From Cladosporium halotolerans (lineage: Eukaryota): a stretch of 64,000 nucleotides of DNA. The stretch covers positions 186,001-250,000 of the forward strand of contig NW_027191474.1 in NCBI RefSeq assembly GCF_011745625.1, written 5' to 3'. The notes beneath the pieces are model-generated. The model did not search any database. It worked only from the letters and a program-made list of their open reading frames with translations, and was not told the origin of the DNA. Below, in pieces: positions 56,453 to 64,000 of this stretch. Made by a program: the position numbers and the translations under genes. How positions within the stretch are numbered: the stretch's first letter is position 1; every line of letters begins with the position of its first letter.

Positions 56453-57932
56453 GAAGTTGTAGTGGTTACCCAGGTAGAAAATGGATCATGATAAGGAACA
56501 GCTTCCTCAGCTGGGAGGGGCAGCTTTTCGGCGTTTGAGCATGAAGGCTGAGCACAACGTCGAGGCAGCCAGAACTGCAGTGTGATTTTTGATAGCCGAA
56601 CCAATCATCATTGCAGCCGCCTCGTCTGGCATTTCTGGCCTCATGGCGCAAGTAACACCTCGTTTGCCCAACTCATGATTCTCTCGCAACTCACCCGACT
56701 TCTAGAAAACGGGCGGATCTCTGTTCCAAGTCTCCGATTCTCACATCTGCATCGCAAATGGCAATCCGTTGGAATATCAAATCTTTCTGCCATCAGATAC
56801 AGAAGATTGCAGCGTCGTTGAATGCATGTTGCATGATTCCGCCCATTGCTGTACGCGTTTTATTCCCCCTGAGCTGGTAATGCAACCTGCGCGTTACCCG
56901 TTCACCCGACGTCCTGGTCTCTCAAGCGTAGCCTCTGTCCATCGATGAACATATGGCGGCAGAATTCTCTGATTCAAATGCGTCTCAAGTAGGCCGAGAT
57001 CACAGCGCCCCCGCCTATGTGAAGTGGATGTCTCCGGACAGACAAGACGCGTCTGTTGAAAAGGATTGCCCGAAGAGTTAGCGACTCGCAAAGAAAAACC
57101 TGAGCGCATGCTGTCGTTGATATATATTGGAGAATGGAAAAGTGGAAGAGGGGTGGAGGCGTTGTGACAGCGTTCTTTGGCGGCGTGATGTTGCTTCGAA
57201 GGCCTCATGAGCGTTGTTCCCATTGCAAGATCGTCGGGACCTCGCAACAAGCCCGAGCACGTGTCAGTCACGGCAGCGAGATGCCTCCGCCGCCGCCTTC
57301 CACCCAACAGGTTTGGTCGTCGCAGGTGGGAGTCCACCAGGCAGTACCGAGTGTCGCCGGACAGCACAAGGCGCCTGTCGCACAAGCCGAAGCCGAGGGT
57401 GCGGCTTTGTTGCCGATTCCACAACGGCCTGCCCTTCCCGAAGGAGCGCCGGCCGCGACCATCACTTCATCTGCGTAATACGAGGCTCGAGCACACGCCC
57501 TTGACTCGCAATGCCTGGCTGTCACGCCGACTTTGGAATATGCGAAACACCGCCCAGCCTCGCAAAGCACTTCCCCTCTCACGCTAGCACCGGCCAGGGC
57601 TTCGGCCGGACTCGCCCGCAAGTGCCGTGACGAGACTCCATGTCGTCCTTCATCTGTACGAAACGCGGAGGCTTCCTCATCCAACTAGCCCGCCGTCCAA
57701 CCACGACGATCATCGCCACAACGCCTTCGGGATCGCTCGTCCGGCGCTTGCGGTGGTCTCCTGTATATTGTGATCCCAAGACTTCGTCGTCGCGCAGACA
57801 GCTCCGGCCGCTGAGCACCCTCGCCCTGCTGACTTCTTGGCTCGCAGCCGGTTTGTCGCATCTACATCGGTTGGGTAAACCTTGCTTCTATGTTCGCAGT
57901 CATCCGAGCAAGCATGTTCGCCCAAGGTGAGA

Positions 57933-57939
57933 TATATAA
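57933..57939 (+). promoter_or_regulatory. Candidate TATA box of the CE1 esterase gene
   Basis: TATATAA about 125 nt upstream of ATG 58062. Confidence 0.5.
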
Positions 57940-58061
57940 GGCGATTGTCGCAGCCACAGCCGTGCCCTCGTTCTGCCCACAAAGCCCTACACTCTCTACC
58001 ACCCGCAAACCCTATTCCTTCATTGCAACTCGCTCGCTTGCTGGTCAAGCTTCTCTTCGCC

Positions 58062-59111
58062 ATGGCCCCTAAGACTCTTCTACCCATCGCAGCCCTGGCC
58101 ACTGCGGCTCTGGCCCAATCATCCAGCGGCTGCAATGGTCAAGCCACACTCACCTCCGGCGTGCAGAACATCAACAACCGTCAGTACACCCTGAAGATCC
58201 CCGACGGCTATGACTCCAGCAAGCCTTACCGCCTCATCTTTGGCTTCCACTGGCTCGGTGGTTCCATGGGCGATGTCGTGAACGGCAACAGCGTGCAGCC
58301 GTGGTACGGCCTTGACGCTCTCTCCGAGGGATCGGCCATCTTCGTCGCCCCGGACGGCATCGACAATGGCTGGGCCAACCAGGGCGGTTCCGACATCGAG
58401 TTCGTCGACTCGATCATCGAGCAAGTCGAGTCCGACCTCTGCGTCGACCAAGGCTCCCGCTTCGCCACCGGTTTCTCCTACGGCGGCGGCATGTCCTACG
58501 CCGTCGCCTGCGCTCGCGCCGGTGAATTCCGCGCCGTCGCCCCCATCGCCGGCGGTCTGATCAGCGGCTGCGACGGCGGCAATGACCCGATCGCCTACCT
58601 CGGCATCCACGGCGTGAGCGACAACGTCCTCCCCATCAGCGGCGGCATCGAGCTGGCCAACACCTTCGTCACCAACAACGGCTGCCAGCAGAAGAACATC
58701 GAGCAGGTCGCCGCCGGCAGCGGCCAGTCCGCCCGCACCGACTTCGAGGGCTGCTCGCAGCCCGTCTCTTTCATCTCCTGGGACGGCGGCCACAGCGGCG
58801 CCCCCTTCGGCACCAGCAGCCAGCTCGCCCCGGACGCCACCTGGGAGTTCTTCACCTCGCTCGACAACCAGGCCGCCACCTCCGCCAAGAACGCCAGCGC
58901 CAGCTCCAACTCCACCTCTTCGGCCGCTCCTGCTACTTCGCAGGCTTCCGGCTCTGGCTCGTCTCAGCAGTCTGGTGGAAACGCTGGCAGCCCTCCCATG
59001 TCCGGCGGCTCTGGCGCGCCTTCTTCCGGCTCGAACCCGTGGCAGGCTCCTCCCAGCAACAACCCTTGGGGTCCTCCCTCTGGCTCTGGCTGGAGGCCGT
59101 GGTCCGCTTAA
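58062..59111 (+). CDS. Secreted carbohydrate esterase family 1 feruloyl esterase (FaeC-like)
   Basis: Signal peptide then [67 protein letters not shown]; Ser/Gly/Pro-rich tail. Confidence 0.92.
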   Translation: MAPKTLLPIAALATAALAQSSSGCNGQATLTSGVQNINNRQYTLKIPDGYDSSKPYRLIFGFHWLGGSMGDVVNGNSVQPWYGLDALSEGSAIFVAPDGIDNGWANQGGSDIEFVDSIIEQVESDLCVDQGSRFATGFSYGGGMSYAVACARAGEFRAVAPIAGGLISGCDGGNDPIAYLGIHGVSDNVLPISGGIELANTFVTNNGCQQKNIEQVAAGSGQSARTDFEGCSQPVSFISWDGGHSGAPFGTSSQLAPDATWEFFTSLDNQAATSAKNASASSNSTSSAAPATSQASGSGSSQQSGGNAGSPPMSGGSGAPSSGSNPWQAPPSNNPWGPPSGSGWRPWSA

Positions 59112-59518
59112 ATGCGACCAACCACGTCGTCTTGGGCTCTGTTGAGCTGTTGCAAGGTCATCAGATCTCGATGCCAGCAGGGTACCTTGAGGCGCCGACA
59201 CGAGTGACATTGGGCGGTGCAAAGCAAACAAACCCAGATCGTCTCCAAGTAAAGATCTGATTTGGTGGAGGCAGTCCATAGCCGCTTTCAATCGAAATGC
59301 TCCTTGCCTAGCACCAAAATGTCAACGTGCGTGATGTCAATCGGTATTTATGTTCTATTGCCATATGCAACGTCAACCTCGACCACGGCTGCACCGAATT
59401 CGTCGTGTCCAATGACTTCTGACACACATGTTTCCCACTCATCGGGCAAAAGCCATGCCCCATGAGCCTCCAGGTCTTGCGACATCGAGGCTGACAGGGC
59501 GGCAAAAGCAAAAGATCA

Positions 59519-59593
59519 TGGTCAATACGAGGGTCGAACTCGCGACCTTGGCGTTATTAGCACCACGCTCTAAACCAACTGAGCTAATCGACC
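59519..59593 (-). tRNA. tRNA-Ile(AAT), intronless
   Basis: Reverse complement GGTCGATTAGCTCAGTTGGTTTAGAGCGTGGTGCTAATAACGCCAAGGTCGCGAGTTCGACCCTCGTATTGACCA folds as a cloverleaf; anticodon AAT at 59558-59556; downstream T tracts. Confidence 0.96.
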
Positions 59594-60376
59594 TGATTAT
59601 CATGTAATTTGATAGAGTGGCCCTGTCTGTAGATGTCATATAATTATTTCCAAAGGCTCGAGACAGTATAAGATAGGAACACAGTCGCAAGAGATGAGGC
59701 AAGCTTGTCTGTTTCGAACCGCTCCGAATCTCGATGGTGGCGGGGTGGAGATGAGACTGTCGTCGAGTCAGTTGAGAAATTTCGCCTCCTCATGTTGTGA
59801 GTCCAGAAGCGCCCATGGCGCCGAAGCTGTAGTGAAGCTCGTGGTGTCCACATTGGTATACATCGCGTGTCGTGTGGAACGAATGCAGTGGGGTCGGCGA
59901 ACGTGAAGACGCAGAAGAATTAGGTGATACTGATTCACATGACCAGTCGCAGACGTTCAAAAATACCTTATGCATGTTGCAGTGACAGCGGCGGTCAGCA
60001 GCGACAAACACTCCCTGCTTTGTGTGAGAGCTTGCGGGCTGCTTGAGGATGATCGAAGAAAGCTTGAAGCGCGGATTCGCAGGCGACTTCGACCACGAGG
60101 TGGATGGAGTTGTGCCGCACTTGACATAGTCAAAAGAAGTTCCTGGAAGAATTCTACTTCGCTTCTCTGATGCGAATTGCACTTTTTCGCTCTCGTCCCA
60201 TTATCAAAACGATGATCAATGACACACGCATTCTGTCAGCCACGAGGTCGTCGGAAGCCTTGCGCCACAAGCACCCCATGCGCCACAAGACAGCGTGAGA
60301 CCCTGGCGCAACGCCACTCTCGCGCTGCCTTTCCGAACATTTGCAATCGCCGTCTCGCCCTGCGACACAACCCACA

Positions 60377-62494
60377 ATGCTGCTCCTCTCCGCCAGAGCG
60401 CGCGCACTTTGGGGCCATGCGCCCCGCGTGCGATCTGCGACGGCCGTCCGGCGCGGCCTGGCCTCCGTCGCAGATCAGATAGACGCTCGGTAGGCGATAC
60501 CTCATCCCCAATCCAGCACCGCCTTCTCACTGACACCTCTCAGACCACCAGTAGACGTCGTAGTCATCGGCGGTGGCCATGCTGGATGTGAAGCCTCGGC
60601 TGCCGCCGCCAGGACCGGTGCGCGCACGACTCTCGTCACTCCTTCGTACGACAACCTCGGCGTCTGCAGCTGCAACCCATCCTTCGGCGGAATCGGCAAG
60701 GGAACGATGATGCGCGAGATCGATGCGCTGGACGGGCTGGTCGGACGTATCACGGACAAGGCCGGGCTGCAGTTCAGGATGCTCAATCGCAAGAAGGGGC
60801 CGGCCGTGTGGGGACCCAGGGCACAAATCGATCGCAAACTGTACAAACGGCACATGCATGAAGAGATGATGGCGTACCCGGGCTTGACGGTCAAGGAAGG
60901 GAAGGTTGCGGACATCGTGGTGGACCAGTCACCCGAAGCCGCTGCTGAAGGCCGGCATGGAAGAATCACAGGAGTGCGGTTGGAGTCTGGAGAGGTGATA
61001 CCCACCAGCAACGTCGTCATTACGACAGGCACATTCTTGGGAGGCGAGATTCACATCGGATTGGACGCTTTTCCTTCTGGACGTATGGGCGAGGCTGCGA
61101 CTACCGGGCTGTCGAATTCATTACGGGCCGCGGGTTTCCAGCTAGGTCGTCTGAAGACCGGTACACCCCCTCGTATCGATAGAGCATCCATAGACTGGAA
61201 ACGATTGCAAGTGCAGCCTGGCGACAACCCTCCTACGCCCTTCTCTTACCTTAATGACCGCGTGGCTGTTGAGAAACAGCTTGACTGTCACAGCACACAT
61301 ACGAACCCCGTGGTTCACGACATCATCCGGGAGAACTTGGAAAAGAGCATACACATCCGGGAGACCATAAAAGGACCGCGGTACTGCCCATCACTGGAGA
61401 GTAAGGTCATTAGATTCACGGATAAGGACCAGCATTTGGTCTGGCTGGAACCGGAAGGCTTCGACAGCGATGTCGTCTACCCCAACGGCATCAGTATGAC
61501 AGTCCCTGCCGAAGTGCAGGAGCGTGTCATCCGCGCCATGGTTGGTCTTGAAGACGCCAAAATGGTGCAGCCTGGGTATGGCGTTGAATATGACTACGTC
61601 GACCCGCGCAGCCTCAAGCGCACTCTGGAGACAAAATCGATCAGTGGCCTTTTCCTCGCTGGACAGATCAACGGCACGACTGGGTACGAAGAAGCCGCGG
61701 CCCAAGGTATCCTCGCTGGAGTCAACGCAGGTAACCGCGCTCTGGACAGACCAGCCTTCACCATGAGCAGAGCGGACAGCTACATCGGCATCATGATCGA
61801 CGACCTCGTCACGAAAGGCGTCAGCGAGCCCTACCGCATGTTCACATCCCGCTCAGAATACCGCATGAGCGCCCGCGCCGACAACGCCGACCTCCGCCTC
61901 ACAGCCAGAGGCCGCGAAGCCGGCGTCGTAGGCGACACCCGCTGGCGAGCCTTCTCGGACGAGAAACAACAGCTCTCCGACCTGCGCGCGCTCCTCGACG
62001 CCAAAACCCTCAGCTCCCAAGCCTGGATCGCGCAAGGTCTCCCCGTGCGCAGCGACAGTGTCAAGCGCTCCGCTTTCGACCTCCTCCGTCACACCGCCGT
62101 CACCACCGCTTCCCTCCTGCCCGTCGTCCCCGAAATCGCCTCTTTCTCCCCCCGCATCCTGGCCCGTATGGACATCGAAGGAGCTTACGCGCCGTACATT
62201 ACGCAGCAAGCCGCGGCCGCGCTGTCTTTCGCGCGGGACGAGAACTTGCTGCTCCCTGCCGATCTCGACTACGAGGCGATTTTCGGCTTGAGCTTCGAGG
62301 AGAAGAAGGCTCTCGGCAGCACGAGGCCGGAGAGCTTGGGGCAGGCGAGGAGAGTCGAGGGCGTGACTCCTGCTGGCGCCTTGAGGTTGCTTGCTCATGT
62401 CAAGGGTGGGTATCGCAAGGCCAAGAGGGAGCAGATGGTCAAGGAGACGATGGAGGGCTTGCCGCCTGGTGCGGAGGCGGATGCTGTTGCTTGA
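60377..62494 (+). CDS. MTO1: Mitochondrial tRNA uridine modification enzyme Mto1 (GidA/MnmG family)
   Basis: Presequence exon 60377-60489; intron 60490-60543. [76 protein letters not shown], and [13 protein letters not shown]. Confidence 0.96.
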
Positions 62495-63355
62495 TTTTAG
62501 CGACGTTTCAGAGTAAGTGTCAGCACACACGGGCGTGCAGCTGCTCACGAGACACCCTTCGATGGGCCTTGTAAAATACATGTAAGATAAAAGATCCGAA
62601 TGAACAGCATCAAGATCATCTTCAGATCAAAGTTGCCCACGTTTCTGGCTGAGTGGAATCAAGCGAATCATCCACTGTATCGGCCCTCTCCCAGCAGTGT
62701 CACAGTCAACAGTAATACGGAAGTCGCATTGCGGGAGACTACGTCTCAAAGCGAATTATACGCACTATCTGCCTCCCTCGGATGCCATCAGCTAAGGCAC
62801 GTCCGAATCAACATTGCACCATGTTGATTTGCTCAATGCTCGGTTGCTGGACACCGCATCTGCCGAAGGTCCAGCATACGGAGAAGCTCTGGACTATGGC
62901 CGCAAAACCCGTCGACCTCGTTTAATCTTGTCTGTCTGGCCACTCTGGCAGCTTCCCTCAACTTCGGACCCTCTGGATTTTCGATGAGATCTGTCGGAAA
63001 TTCTAGACATACGAAAGAATGTGGCTGATCTGGTAGCATTAAAGGCTTTCTCGAATTTCCTCGGGCTCGATATGCAGTTCGCGCGCTCAGCTGCTGGGCT
63101 CTGTCGCACATGCAAGGCAGCGATGCCGTAGCGCATCTGGTGGTGTGCACGGTGGCGCTGCTGTATGTACCTTCAGCCCCACCTCGTCTCAGACGACGGC
63201 GAGGCTGAGCATATTACCTTACCAAGCACTCGCTCAAGTCGAACTCTATCCATCCCATGCACATCGTTTCTGGGAAGTGCGTACGCTTCGCATCGTTTCC
63301 GAAATCGACCAGCTGCTTCTAGGTGGACGAGGCGGGTTGCCACCGAGCGTGCAGC

Positions 63356-64000
63356 ATGACATCGCCGACGTCTTCAGGCACCATCAAACCCGCATTTTGG
63401 CGCATACAGAACATCAAGGCCAGTGAGAAAGATGATGCTATAGAGTGGCTGCGCGCGCAGACAGAAGAGCTGAGAACATCGGAAGGCCAGGGATTCAGCC
63501 TAGCGGCCGATAGCGACCGAACACTGTGCGCAACGCTCACGACCTACGAGCGGCCAACACCGGGCAACTACCGGTGGCGTGTGGACCAGGACTTCATCGG
63601 TTTCACGCCACTTTGCGATCCGGACGACGCGAGAGTCGACATCATCGCACTCACTGGGCTGGGCGGGCACGCTCTGGGGTCATTCCGCTCAACTGATGGC
63701 AAAACGGTCTGGCTGCGGGACTTCGCCCACGAAGACTTGCCACGAGCACGCTTTATCACATATGGCTACAAGACTGACGTCGCCGAAAGTAATAGCAACC
63801 AAGGTATTCGCGAGCTCGCGCACACTCTACTGGACGGACTCGCCAGCTTCCGCCGGCGTACACTCACGCAGCAACGCCCACTTTGCTTCGTCTGTCACAG
63901 TCTGGGCGGTGTCGTTCTGAAAGAAGCACTGGTTCTCTCGAGCAAAGCTAGTGAGCCGCATCGTCGAGAGCTACACGACGTCGTAATGGCTACCTACGGG
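63356..64000 (+). CDS. SesB-like/SERAC1-like alpha/beta hydrolase domain, 5' part of a gene running off the window (often an NLR N-terminal effector domain)
   Basis: Open frame from ATG 63356 to the window end, absent from the ORF track because it has no stop: VDQDFIGFTPL, DIIALTGLGGHALGSF, VWLRDF, RFITYGY, RPLCFVCHSLGGVVLKEAL. Confidence 0.85.
   Translation, partial: MTSPTSSGTIKPAFWRIQNIKASEKDDAIEWLRAQTEELRTSEGQGFSLAADSDRTLCATLTTYERPTPGNYRWRVDQDFIGFTPLCDPDDARVDIIALTGLGGHALGSFRSTDGKTVWLRDFAHEDLPRARFITYGYKTDVAESNSNQGIRELAHTLLDGLASFRRRTLTQQRPLCFVCHSLGGVVLKEALVLSSKASEPHRRELHDVVMATYG

Noticed and set aside
57134..57478. ORF with IVGTSQQARARVSHGS, superficially like an amyloid motif near the NLR
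   Set aside because: Single weak internal match in a non-protein-like ORF with no effector domain; likely chance.
40000..58000. Complete Starship or other giant transposon carrying the chromodomain gene and NLR
   Set aside because: No DUF3435 tyrosine recombinase, terminal repeats or disrupted tRNA/5S target seen, and core genes (COQ3, GT8) lie between the islands.

Overview
Gene-dense genomic DNA from a filamentous ascomycete (Pezizomycotina). Short GT-AG introns of about 48-83 nt carry CTRAC branch sites, and wetA and Zn2Cys6 genes are present. A Dothideomycete origin is only a guess. I reconstructed about 30 protein-coding loci by hand, including conserved genes (PAM17, calcipressin/RCN1, IDP1, wetA, TWF1, BNA7, COQ3, MTO1), CAZymes (two CE1, GT31, GT8), two Zn2Cys6 transcription factors, a ferric/cupric reductase, an M14 carboxypeptidase, and two tRNA genes (intron-containing Gly-GCC, Ile-AAT). 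Accessory-looking islands sit between the core genes. The main find is a 3-exon NB-ARC/TPR NLR (56452-53901, minus strand). Its 100-nt first exon, missed by the ORF track, encodes a HET-s/NWD2-type amyloid signalling motif (GHSFTNVTTSDGARAHYGDVIN), and no cognate prion-domain effector is visible next to it. A SesB-like hydrolase, possibly a second NLR, starts at the right edge. Other unusual loci are a spliced helical-domain + retropepsin gene, a tandem-chromodomain + DUF3716-like protein, an HMG-like/RRM-like/Cys-knuckle orphan, a secreted protein with seven 33-aa Cys repeats, and a CE1 esterase with an internal acidic/Kex2-type insert. All family assignments come from motif recognition by eye; no database searches were run.
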